Assembly: GCA_028534125.1 (NCBI GenBank)
Contig: CM052817.1
Coordinates: forward strand, 34,536,001-34,600,000
DNA: 64,000 bases
Source: Lama glama
Taxonomy: Eukaryota
Reading direction: 5' to 3'
The translations under genes were made by a program, and so were the position numbers. Below the pieces are notes generated by a model, which saw nothing but the letters and a program-made list of their open reading frames with translations, made no database searches and had not been told where the DNA came from. Below are positions 1 through 12,150 of this stretch, piece by piece; position 1 is the first letter of the stretch; each line of letters starts with the position of its first letter.

Positions 1-236
1 CAGTTCTATTTTTGTGTGTCAGCACTCTCATTTTAATATAATTGTTATTAAAACTGCTGGAAAATAAACTGAGTCAACTGTTCAGAGTTGGGCATGTTAA
101 ATATTTTGCTGTGGAAATGAGGTTTAAGTGTTTCAAATTTGTTTTTAATGTTTAGTAGATAAGAAAAATAAAGGGCAACGTCTTGGCTTATTTAGGGGAA
201 TTTTGCTTTATTTAACTTTTTTCTGTTCTCTTACAG

Positions 237-313
237 TGACAATCATAGGAGGCATTGTATTTTTGGCGTTTGCATTTTCTGCACTATTTATAAGTCCCGA
301 ATCTGGTTTTTAA
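237..313 (+). CDS. TMEM165: TMEM165 terminal coding exon (Golgi Mn2+/Ca2+ transporter, UPF0016/GDT1 family)
   Basis: Polypyrimidine tract + ttacag acceptor (235-236), then (V)TIIGGIVFLAFAFSALFISPESGF* ending in TAA 311-313. Matches the recalled TMEM165 C-terminus; TMEM165 is the known convergent neighbour of CLOCK. Confidence 0.93.
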
Positions 314-1087
314 CAAGCTATTATTGTTCATTTGTATTTAGTTTAAGATAGGCAACTTGTTATGTACATGGTGTATATTATAACTAAAAGTGATGGAAAA
401 TACTGTATTTTGTAGCATTGATTTGTGAGTTTGACCCACTTAATGAAAGTATTATGTATGTCCAAAAAAAGAAATAATCATTGATTCTATTTGCAACATG
501 GGTTTTTAAAAGAAACCTGATATCTAAGTGTGGATTTTTCTTTTCTCCAGCATAATGATGTTTTAATATGGTCTCTATTTTTTAAAGTTTTTTTGGGCAG
601 GGGGGAGCAGGGGACATATGGAACCATTGTGCAGTGGGGTCTGCCACTTGATTTTCTTTCAGCACCGGCCCCTTTTTAAGGAATATAAAATTCCTCCTGG
701 ATCACTGAGGTGTTTTAAGATGTTTACCTTTAAAATTTTTCATGGGGGAAAGAGTGAATTAATTTCTATCTTTTAAAACATTTTCATAAGCCAGTAAGCA
801 GTGATTTAATCAGAAATGTTTCCAAAATTCTTTACCTTTCTCAGGTAGCAGTTTCAACTTTGGTTTTAATTAGGTTTTTTTTTTCTTTTTCTTTTTAAAG
901 AGCAAGAGAAATGTATCACTGTTATTTATATCAATGACATGACAACAAGAATTGTTTGCCAGGTCCATTCTTCCTCCTTTTTTTAATTGGGTAGGAAACC
1001 CAATATAATAACAGTCAATATTTGACCATGTGGAATTACCAAATTAAAACAGAATACTATGAGTGTATTCGTATTTTTTCTATATTG

Positions 1088-1093
1088 AATAAA
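1088..1093 (+). terminator. Probable TMEM165 polyadenylation signal AATAAA (second copy at 1117-1122)
   Basis: AATAAA ~775 nt after the stop codon, followed by a GT/T-rich stretch (gtgcttgtttttccttgtgtt) at ~1136-1156. Confidence 0.65.
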
Positions 1094-1199
1094 CAATGTA
1101 ACATAGATACAACATAAATAAAAGTGGTATGACCAGTGCTTGTTTTTCCTTGTGTTATGCCAGTTCGTGACATCCTGATTTATCAAAGTCATATTAATA

Positions 1200-1385
1200 T
1201 TTATAAATGAATTTCTAAAGTTGATTATTTTTAAAAAGTAGCCAAGCATTGTTCTAAAGCACTGTCTTAACCCTCACACAGTTCTATGAGGTAGTGGGTA
1301 CTAATACAAAGTTAAAAAAGGAGTTAACTCACCCAAGGCTACCTGGTAGAGCAGGGAGTCAAACCAGGCAGTTTGGCTCTACACC
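1200..1385 (-). mobile_element. MIR SINE remnant
   Basis: ccaagcattgttctaaagcact...ctatgaggtag...gagttaactcacccaaggct...gagcagggagtcaaaccaggcagtttggctc resembles the MIR core. Confidence 0.6.
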
Positions 1386-2313
1386 CCACAATCGGATACT
1401 GTAAGGCTGCTTCATGTGACCAGCACAGCTTCAGTCATCACTGTCACTGAAGTGTGTTCAAACGTAACTGACTGTATTCGGTCCAAGCAGCGTAACTGCT
1501 CTCTCCCAGCCTGATTTCTGTCACCATAGACAGTAACAATGCCATCAATAGCCTCTTTAAACCTGAGCAATAGTTCTGTAGAAACTCCCATGTGTGCTGT
1601 GTGTGGGGTGTAACAGACCCAGAGCAATTCAGGTGTCCTGAGCTACCGCCAAAGTCCACAAGGCACAGTGACCTGCAGCTTGATGAGACTGAAGAGCCGG
1701 GTCAGTCGCCCAGCACGCAGTGCAGCTGTCGGCCTGCAGCAGTGCCTGTGTGCGGGGAGGACAGCTGCCCACCACTGGGAAGAGAGCCAATGTGGCTGTC
1801 AGGTAAAAAAGCAGTAGTTCACATATGGATGACGAAGTCATGTTTAGAAACTTTTAAGGCGTTCTCTACCATAAAAAGTGTGTTATTATAGGGGAGAAAA
1901 ATACAATGTCCATGCGTCAAGATAAACACTTCAAAGAAATCTCAGGTTAAGTCCCCACATTACACCATCATGCTCAGTAGTTAAATACTCAGTACTGCTG
2001 TAGATTATTACAAACAACAAGTGAAAGATTAACATTATTTCTTTTCCAAGAATAGTGAAAAAGGGTAATTCTTTGTTCGAAAGTAGCTAGTACGCACCAT
2101 CATGGCCCACACCCGGCAGGGCGGCGACTGGTCCCAGCACTAGCATGATAGCAAGTAACAGTGTAACTCACGGAGGCACCAGTCTTGTGACAGGACAAAT
2201 ACTCGGAGAACTCGGCGGTGCAGACCCAAGCTACACGGTAAAAACTGCTAATACAGTTACACTCCATTGCTGAAGAGAAGAAAGGAAAGTGTCATTGTAG
2301 TGATTTTAAAATA

Positions 2314-2319
2314 TTTAAT
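2314..2319 (-). terminator. Candidate distal CLOCK poly(A) signal ATTAAA
   Basis: tttaat on + = ATTAAA on -, followed on - by a pyrimidine-rich tract (ctttcctttcttctctt). Confidence 0.5.
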
Positions 2320-4489
2320 AGTCTTTCTTTAAAATCCAAAATAATGTGATTCTTACAAGTTATGTGCCACATAAAGGAGGTGTTTTTTATTTTTTTGAGA
2401 AATGCAGGTGATACTGGAAAACAGCACTGAGGTATTTTTTTATTTTTAAAACTGAATAAGGAAACAAAGTGTGAATCTAATCACTTTTACATTTACAAAA
2501 AAACCCAATGCTACTGCTTGGCTCTCCTGCTATAATTTTAGGTTCTGAATACATTACAAGAGTCTACGGGAAAGAGCATTATAATTGTACCTGTAGTTTT
2601 AAAAAACTACACACATCATAACCTGGAAAAATGATTATACAGCAAGAGGCCAGAGTGGAGGTAGGCTAATAACACGTTTTACCTCTTTCTCAAAGGATAG
2701 CTTTGAAAAACAAGTGTAACCAATTGTAACACCAAGTGAAAATGGCAATATTAAATTGGTAACAAAATGATCCACATTTTACACAACATTGGATTTCCAA
2801 ACATTGCTCATGAAAATCAGAGAACCTAATATAGCACCGTTGAAACCATGCATTATCCCATCGTGCTTCCGTGTAATTTAGGATCTGGGCCAAAGACAAC
2901 ACTTGGACACTGTCAGTCTTATTTTTGTAAATCAGTTTGGATTTCAATTAAATGTTCACTTTAGGAAAAATAGGTATTCTTCTTTCAGTATCAGTTAGCC
3001 ATTTATAGCTCCACCCTCAGAAGGAAGAATGACAGGCTGTATCTAATATTAATTTAAAACCAAGAACCAAGCAGTAAGGACACATCAATGTGAAGGGTAG
3101 CACACTAAGAACCACACAGAACATTAGAAAGGATGTGGTGTATGTTTTTCCAACTACCAATTGATGTTAATAATTAAAAATTCACAGAGATAAAACTTTT
3201 TTTGCACTAACTGGTTTCAATACAGCACAGATTTTTAACTTGTCTTTGGGCTTCAGTCTTTACATAGAGTGTGCAAGTGGCAGGCTGAGGACCTCCCCCA
3301 GCTCACACTGCAATAAAACAGATTTCAGAATGGTCTAAATTATAGCTCTGGCCTCTGGCTGACATCTGTAAAGGAGAACAGCATTTCCTTGCCCCCCTCC
3401 TTTTTTTGCTTGATGCTGATTGTCTAGCTATGTAATACATCAGTCTTGAAGATAATACAGCTTTTCCTGCATTCTAATTCTTTAGTATTGGCACAACCAT
3501 TGCCAGCAGTGAACCTGCACCAGTAGAGGCCAACTCAAAACACATCATAAAACATCTTAATGTCGTTTTTAAAGCGATGTCACAGTTTGTTTCCTCAGAA
3601 ATTTAAAAGCATACATTTGAAAACATCACATCTTCAATTTAACTCTCAGAGTTAAGAAACACTTTTTATATCATTAAATCCAACTTGTGGTTGACGTGCT
3701 TTAATCACCATTCTCTAAGGGATCCCAAAAGCTAGAGTGTGCTCTGTACCTGGCCTGTGGGACTCAAGAGCTACACTAGGAGCCCGAAGGTGGAGAATTC
3801 TGTTCCAATGCAGACCAGCAAGAAGTACCCCCAAATTTCTAGGCTTCAAATGGTCAAACACTGCTTTATTGGGCAGTGCTGTGTATGGAGGTTTGATTTT
3901 ACTTTGTGTTTAAAGGGCCAAGCAACATTACACTATATAAAGACAGCACACATTTTTTGAAGAGTTTGCAGTGTGTATACATTGTTCTACCTCTATGTTT
4001 AAGGACTTTAAATGGACTTTAATATGGATATGATAGTGATGGCCATTAGATGATGTTTCAGTAACATTTTTTCAAATGGGCAAAACAGAGGCAACGTGTG
4101 CCTGGGTTCTTCTCTGTCATAATGGCCTTTGGCTGTGTTGGGGAAGTTATCACATAAAAAATGCCCATAAAATAGAAAAGGCAGCAAGTGAAACTAGAAA
4201 AAGGTTGGAGCTACACGAAGCAGATTTCAGAGGAGTTACTTTTACTTTTTCTTTCTCTTAACTAAGTTGAGAGTAGGAGGGGAGCACTGGGGCGTCTGGA
4301 TTGGGCTCCACTGTGTCCTGAAGGGAAACAGATGACGAGGGCTAGGGACTGCACCCCGGGTAAGAAGAACCAGTCCTCTAAGGATTACGAGGCAAAACAA
4401 AACCACAATTAAATACATGACACTGAGATCACTCTGAGAAAACAGAACACAAAGATACTTAAAAATATAAATAAATACATTTAGCCATT

Positions 4490-4495
4490 TTTATT
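4490..4495 (-). terminator. Candidate alternative CLOCK poly(A) signal AATAAA
   Basis: AATAAA on - followed by tgtatttatttatattttt...ctttgtgttctgtttt, a U/GU-rich downstream element. Confidence 0.5.
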
Positions 4496-7400
4496 CAAGA
4501 AACCCAGAGAACTGCTTTCAAAGCAATTGCTTCTTTAAAAACCACTTTCTGAATTCTTCCATAAATACTTACTATTTTGATTGTCACTTAAATGCAGCAC
4601 CTCAGTGTTTGCTGGTGGTGGTAATGGAATTTCACTTAATAATGTCTTTTCATAAACTATATCCTATTTCACTAAACATTTCCCTAGGAAAACCCAGGCA
4701 GCTTACAAAATATTGTTAAATACTCAAAACCAGAACCTGCAAAGTATTATTTTATTTAAGAAAAACAAGGAATGTAGTGTTAAATTATGACATGGGGAAA
4801 TATGCAACAGTCACATGGAAAGAAAGTTTTAATTTTTCAATATGCACGTTTGCTTAATTTCTTGTGAGCTGTTCAATACTGTTTTAAAATCCTGAATTAA
4901 TGAATTATACCAACAAAATTCATCCCCAGTGTTTCCACAGGAGATCTTAAAATAAGATCAATTTTTTTTTCCTTTTCCTCAACCAAAGTAGTCTCAGTCC
5001 TTTTTGTGCAAAAATATTACAAGAGCAATTCAAATGGAAACACTGAAATGACATGCCAACATTTCAGAGCACATTAAAAACACCCAGAATAATTCTTGAA
5101 ATTATTATATTCTAAAATATTACTACCAATCACTTTTAGGTTAGTTCTATACATCTGTTCACACTGATGCAATTTTCCTAGACCTCTGAAAATAAACAGG
5201 CTCATTGGTCTCTTTCGGTGTCCACACAATAGGCAAGATAGGTTTACAATAGTGTCTACACAGAACTGGGCACCTACAATCTCTCGACTCCACCACATTC
5301 AAAACAGAAGTCAAAGTTCATTTGGCTACCTTGAAATCACTCCCATAAACCTACTATGGTTCACTGGATCTAAACATTTCTCAGAAATGTGTCATTTAAA
5401 AATTTCACCTAAGTGATGATTTGGGGATCCTTTAGAAATGGTTATTTATAAGATAATAAACTTTATCAAAATGAATAATTGCAATAAAGTGCTTATTACA
5501 TTTCAAAATGATGCTTCCAGACTGTGGTGTGTTGTTTGCGAAATGTGTGCTATTCATATACAAAGGATCCCCAGGCGTGAGAGTTGGGTCTTCTCACCTG
5601 TCTCAGAAAGCAGCAGCACTATGTTTTGGTAGGCTGACGGTAGGCACGTTACCCATGCGGATGAGGCTATGCTAGTGCTATGGCAAAAGGGGAGTAAATG
5701 AGAAAAGTGGGAGGCATGTGGAGGGTTCCTACTATATTCATAGTTATATACAAATATATTAAATATACTATAAAAATAGTCAACTCTTTTCCTTTGCAAT
5801 TACTTCAGAAGCTCCTTTTAGAAGAACACTCACCCACCCCAAACAAAAGGCTCTTTCTCCAATCACCACTAAACCGGCAAGTGCCTTTGTGCTGTTTCTT
5901 TTCCTCCATTTAAAAATTCCGATCAGCTTATTCCTGGCTAGACTCACTCAGCAATAGTAATATCCAGTGTTTACACCTTCCAACACTGACTCCTGAGGGA
6001 CTAAGAACAGGGTCACAGACATTGGAAAGGTTACAGACTTGAATGAGTTTCATACAAATGTTTGTCAACAAACTTTTGATTAGCAGAGAAATACAGGAAA
6101 AGAAAAGTAGAAATGATCAATATCAAAGTAAAATGCTAGTTGCATCCCACTTAAAAAAAAGTTTACCTCAATGTAGTGGAAACATTCTAAAACACACTGA
6201 GTAATATCCAGTTTAAAATAATTCTCACCTGTCTATGCAGAGCAGGCAGAGTACTATTTTGAGGGGCCGCTTTCTAAGGCTTCTTGAACAAGGGTTCATC
6301 TCCCTTCTACACGACGCTCTTTACAGAGCTGCACTGCTTCAGTGCCCTTGACTAACTGCAAGCAGACCGACTGCTTTAAGGCAATGACTGACAACTCAAG
6401 CACTTGAAGAATTCAAATAACATTTTCACTTTTCTGCACTGAGTGTTCTATAACAAACTATTCAAAGTCACCAGCATCCTTCATTACTAGTACATTCCCA
6501 AACCAGAATGAAGTGACACGGCAGAGCACAGGACTCAAATTACCCCCTCAACTTAGGACAGAGTTGGGGGACTGAACTGTAGTATTTACCTAAATGCTAC
6601 CCCATATTTGCTTTTCTGCCAATATTTTCACTCAAACAACAAAGTGCTTTTGAATGTCTCAGTTCTGGTTTGACACCACTCTCAGCAGCACTTTATCAAC
6701 CTTTGCAGCCCTCACCTGTGGTGGTTAGAACGGTACTGACTCACCCAGTGCCACGGCAGTCCCAGAACAGCTGATGCTTTTCCTTATCTTCAACAGTTTC
6801 TTACCTAAAAAGTGCCATCCCAAATAAAGTGTTTAAGAAAAACTGAATGATCTATAAGAGTAAAGACGAGGGAAGATACGATTTTTAAGTAGCTGAAAGG
6901 TGTTCCTATTTGGTATTTTTCCATGACTTAGATTTGGGATGTTAATGAACAACTTTGGCTACGGAAATGAATGAAGAACAGGCAACTACTGCATCTTAGA
7001 ATGCTCCAGTCTCCATTCATGGGGGAGGGAGCAGGGAGGGAGCAGGGACAGCGCTGCAATCCAAGTTCAAGGAAAGCAGGAGGAAAACAAAGTTAAAGGA
7101 GCTGAGAGGCAGTTACTAGCTCTTTTGACACACTTCATTCTGACAGCAAAAGAAAAGCAGCCAGCTGCTTTTTTAAATTTAGCAATCAATTTTCCTAGGC
7201 AGGAAAAAAAATGAGCTGTGAAGAACAACAGGAATCATAAAGCATAATCTTGTCTAATTTTCTTTCCCAAATATTTGTGAGGATGGGAAACGCCTGAAGG
7301 GACTGGTGGAAGAGAATGTGAATAAACAGTCTAGATTCACTTTGTGGCTTGTCTTATGCTTTGCTCTTGTTAACCTGAGTACCCAGTACTCAGGGTTCAC

Positions 7401-9814
7401 CATCTCTCTTTTAAAGTATGGGACTTAGAGGATAAACCTTAACATAATCTTTTGTTTGCTAAATCTGTAGCACTACATATTGCCAATAAACAAATGAGGC
7501 ACAACTCAGATACATACAGAGTGGCATGGTCAGGTTAAGAAAGGCAATCTGAAAGGGGAGGAAGTACCGTTGCCATTCTCTGCAACTTCAATGCTGTCTG
7601 CGCATGTGTGCTCAAGTCCACTCGTACTCTGATGACCATTCTTGATATTCATGAGAAAGAAATCTCTTCTGGAAGATCATTTAGCTAGAAGAGGAGCTCC
7701 TTGATATGTTAATTACTGATTGGCATCTATTGACACTTCTTTTGTAGAAGGGTAGGTACCAACTTTCTTTGGTTGTTATATCTGTTTCAACATTAATTTT
7801 CTAATTTAAGTGTGGCCAGGTATGGTTTTCCACAGAAAGACGAAGTATATCCCTTAAGGATGACAGCAAGGCTAAGGACAGAAGAGTCTGAAGAACTGAA
7901 TGAGAGTTCCCCTGCAAAATTTATCTAGCAACTTCTATTAGGTTATTTTCATTGTTCCAAACCTCTTCTGCTTAACAACCTCATTTCTGTCATACATTTT
8001 CCATTAAGGTCAGTTTTGATTTATTACAGCTTGCTGTTTTCCCTTTCCTCAGTGGTAACTTTTGATATTCTAATAATTTTCCTTTGTTCTATAGTTATAA
8101 ATTTAATTATTAGTACCATAAAATCTATAAAATGCTTTATGTATGCAATTTTGGTTGGAACTGAACTAACTTTAGACCATGATATTGCCAATGAAATCTT
8201 AGTTCATGTTTATAGAGCATGTGAGTCACAATATTCTAGAGCTGCAGTGAAGGCAAAGCCAATTCTGACCCCTTCTTTTTCCTTTGTAGGATTTTAAGAT
8301 CATACTGAGCAAATATTTACTGGTAATTCTTAAATGACTATGTAACTTTAAGGAAAATGCTGATTTAGGAAAATAATTTTGTAAGCATATTAATAATTTT
8401 GAATGTCATTAGGATGTCAACTTTTATTTAGAAATTATTTGTAACTCTAATCTGAGAGACTCAAAGCAGTCGTCTTAGGAATTTAGGAGCATAATAATGG
8501 CACTGACAGCCACATGCTATTAAAAATGTACTAAGGTTTCAAAACTGCTACTGAAACCAGACAATGAGTTCAAGATGGTGAGTTATCACCTGAATCAAAA
8601 TCAAGGCACTATGGGTTTTTTCCCCTCAAATAACCCTGAATCATTTCTGACTAAAAGAAGCATTGAAACTGTGAAGGTTAATATAAAGATTCCAACAAAT
8701 CCTAAAAGTTAAAATTCCCACCAGTGAGAATGTTAAAAAGTGCCTAAAATATTTTGTGTGCAAATTTTACTCCTATAACTGAAACATTCTTGAAATTACT
8801 TTCAGGCTTGTTGAAAACTGTTCATACAACTATTTCCAACTATGAACTAGATCAAAATATGTGATCAAAACTCCTAACCATCTAAAATAAAGCAGTGCAA
8901 ATCCTATTTTCAAACATAATTGAAAAATAATGAAATGAGGGATATTTCTGAGTAACTTGAACATCCTGTTTCAAATAATTTAACCTGAAAAAAAAATCCA
9001 TTCCCAGCAGCACATCATACCTCACTGAACAAACTGTGACATCACAGCCAAAGTATGAACAAAAAAAGACTTGTGCCCCGGAAGAGTGAACAGAACACTA
9101 TCATACTGTAAACAAAAGGAAACATAGGATGTATTAGTTTGCACATGGCATCAGAATCTAAGGAAATGTACTCATACCTAAATAGGAGATAATGCTTTCA
9201 TGCAGCATACAAAATGTTTTGCTTTCTCTCCTTTTATCCAGACATATACATAAAATTCTTTTTACAGCATCTGTACATAGAGAATTTGAACTCACACAAC
9301 ATTCTAAAATTAATTACTATTCCATCATTATCTGAAAAGGGAGAGGGGATGGGGAAGGGGACCTACTGATTCTACTGGACTGTCTTCATGGCATCATTGT
9401 AAGCAAACCCCTGACGTGGCAGTGGTGTGTCCTCTGTAACACTTGAAAACAGGCATAGAACCACTAAAAGTTATCAACATTGTAAGTGCCTTTCTGATTC
9501 ACTGGAGGTCATATTTCATAGCTGAGCTTCTTAACATTTGGCAATATACTCTTTTTTCCACCAAAAAATATCTGGGCAAGTAAAAACACTGTCAGAATTG
9601 GCTATGGCCCTATGACCGTCTCTTGCTCGCTGGTATTGAATGTGTTATCTGCAGTCCTAGGCAGCATTTTTCCTGCTAACTAATTCCAGGAACTAGACCA
9701 CTCAACACTGCATCTCATGAAACCACTGGAACTTCCCATCCCATCCTCAGATCATCTGAACAGCTCTTCGCGGGCCACCCCTTTCCTCCCTCGAGGACAG
9801 AGGAAGCACGCGCG

Positions 9815-9994
9815 CTACTGCGGCTGACCCTTGGACGGATCCGTCACACTGTCAGTCCTGTGCCGACTCCGCTGCTGCTGCTGCTGAGACTGGTGCTGCT
9901 GGTGATGCGGCTGAGGGAACGCGCTCTGCTGCAGTGGAAATGCAGCAGAGAGGATGAGCTGAGTTGAAGGATTCCCATGAAGCAGCCGAGAAGT
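9815..9994 (-). CDS. CLOCK: CLOCK coding exon 20 (terminal)
   Basis: ttttag acceptor; [62 protein letters not shown] at 9817-9815. Confidence 0.97.
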   Translation of the reverse strand, partial: TSRLLHGNPSTQLILSAAFPLQQSAFPQPHHQQHQSQQQQQRSRHRTDSVTDPSKGQPQ

Positions 9995-10394
9995 CTAAAA
10001 AAAAAAAGGATCACACAACACCACTTTACCCCCCATTACACTTTCTACATTAAAATTTACTCAAGTTCTCCACTCTCCACAGGGACAAAAATATGTACAA
10101 AGGTTTTGCTTTCTTATTTAAAAATAGTATTTTGGAAAATGCTTATGAGGCTTTCCCTCTTTTTGAAAGAGGGAATTTCATTTTTTAAAGAAATCTAAGG
10201 TAGTGATTTTATGGTACAGAAAGCAATCTATGTCTTGAGAAAAACCACAAATATTCTTTTACTTTACATGTCCTAAAGATGACAATTCTAAACCTAAACA
10301 GATGACACAATTTAAGCATAGCTAAGAGCACAGAAACATGAACCTTCTGGGGTCAAGCAGACAATGCAAAGCTTTGTGGTTGGTTAGAGCAGCA

Positions 10395-10790
10395 GTTCAG
10401 TGGCCAAGAGAATGGGTCCTGAGATACACTGCCTGGGTTTCAAACTCTGGCTGCTCTGTTTACCAGACTGTGACTTGGTCAAGCTATTTACTTCCCTGGG
10501 TCTCAGTTTCTTCATTTACAAAATAAGGATAATCACAGTACCTCCCACATGAGGTTTTTAATGAAGATTAAATATCAATATTATTATTTAAAAGTACCAT
10601 AAAAGAGCAAAGTTAGAGACTTATGTCCCAGACGTAGCAGTGTGGTGTAACAAAAACAAAACAAGATCAGAAACAGGATCTGAAGTCAGAAGCCCTGGAT
10701 TTGAGTTCTGCTCTGCCATTGATTAGCTGTGTGACCTCAAGCAAGCGTCAGCTCTGAGCCTCCGTCTCTTTCACCTGATTTCTCCTGCTA
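10395..10790 (+). mobile_element. Two adjacent MIR SINE remnants
   Basis: ctgcctgggtttcaaactctggctgctctgtttaccagactgtgacttgg...ctcagtttcttcatttacaaaataaggataat and ctggatttgagttctgctctgccattgattagctgtgtgacctc. Confidence 0.75.
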
Positions 10791-11949
10791 GAGATATAAA
10801 GGAAACTAGTCAAAAGAAGGTGGATTTTTTAAATGACAGTCTCCTCATTTACTGACAAACGTAACTTCAGACAGGATTCCTAGTTTTAAAATCAAACTGT
10901 GATGGGTGATTTTTGCAAACGTCTATGAAGGATGCCTGCACAAATACACAAAAGGACAGGAATCCTTGAAATGTACCTTTGCTAAGGACCTAGAGAAATT
11001 TTCTTTTTCTCTTTGTTACTAGGAAAAACTGTTGTAAGATGAAGACCACAGGATACTCAGGAGCCTTACAGGATTAAAATAGAGTTTTGTTTTGGAACCA
11101 GGAGTTTTATAACCAGAAAAGCCAAATTATGTATTTCTCTCTCTGAGTGTATTTCTAAAGGGCACTGTCTACCTAATTTCTTTCAGGGTCCCAGGTCTTT
11201 GGAATGTTTTTTAAGAAGTAGAAGAGAATGCTCATTTCCTTTAAGGGCTTTCATTCCCTGAAAGACTCAGAAAACTGAAATCTTAAGGCAAGCCTTCTCC
11301 CTTCCGAAGCTTTTGCTTAGTTCTCATTGAATATATTTCCCCTAGATAATAGTTTATAACTTGTTATAAATTCTTGTCATTAATTCATTTATAACAATAA
11401 CTAACCTAGTCATTAATGGCTGCACTATAGGCCTAAAGGACTGTATGACTCTCAGAGATATTTAGGCAACTAACCTGTTTTAGTTTCCCACATCACCAAG
11501 TTAAGAATTATGTTTGCACCAACACCAATGGTGATAAAGTAATACTGTATTTATGCTGGGTATACAGTACAATACTAAATCTTCTAATCAAACCATGTGT
11601 TGTATAACTTTAAACTGATAATGTACCTGGCATACATGGAATGGTATCCAGCACAAGTCTAGGCTTAGCCTACATTCAAGACTACTGGTTTTAGACCAGT
11701 AGGGAAAAAAACCGGATTTCCAGATGTCATAATCTGCTCCTGTGTACCCACAATGAGGGCAGTGAGGTCTGGAAATCTGTCCTACTCATTTCCTTGCTGA
11801 CGATCCCAATCTAGGTGACCTTCTTCTGTATCCTTTAGGTAAGTAGATCCTGTCTGATATACCTACATGAGATCTGTGTCTACATTTGGGTTAATCTGAG
11901 TGTCTATTACACTGAGCAAGATAGTGGTCATAAATGACAGCTAGTTATG

Positions 11950-12150
11950 TGCCTTATACTCTGTTCACTGATTCACATGCACCCTTTACCCATGAGGTAT
12001 TAATTATTAGCATCTCCATATTGTAGATGAGGGAACTAAACTTCAGCAAATTAAGGAAACTGCTGAAGGTCACACAGTATGGATGCAGCAGTGACTCAAT
12101 TTCAGAGCAGACTGACTTTGGAGTCCAACTTCTTAACTACGACATGTGCC
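11950..12150 (-). mobile_element. MIR SINE remnant
   Basis: catgaggtattaattattagcatctccatattgtagatgagggaactaa...aaggtcacacag. Confidence 0.7.

Larger units (their letters stand above)
2295..9814 (-). other. CLOCK: CLOCK long 3' UTR (~7.5 kb)
   Basis: Repeat-poor sequence continuing from the stop codon to a candidate distal poly(A) signal. Length agrees with the known long mammalian CLOCK 3' UTR; the exact end is inferred. Confidence 0.7.

Noticed and set aside
1412..1891. Cluster of overlapping 70-99 aa ORFs between TMEM165 and CLOCK
   Set aside because: No recognisable protein similarity or exon structure; explained by locally higher GC reducing stop frequency.
2673..5650. Non-canonical E-boxes CACGTT in the CLOCK 3' UTR (2673, 4845, 5645)
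   Set aside because: Scattered single hexamers with no tandem arrangement; not distinguishable from chance.
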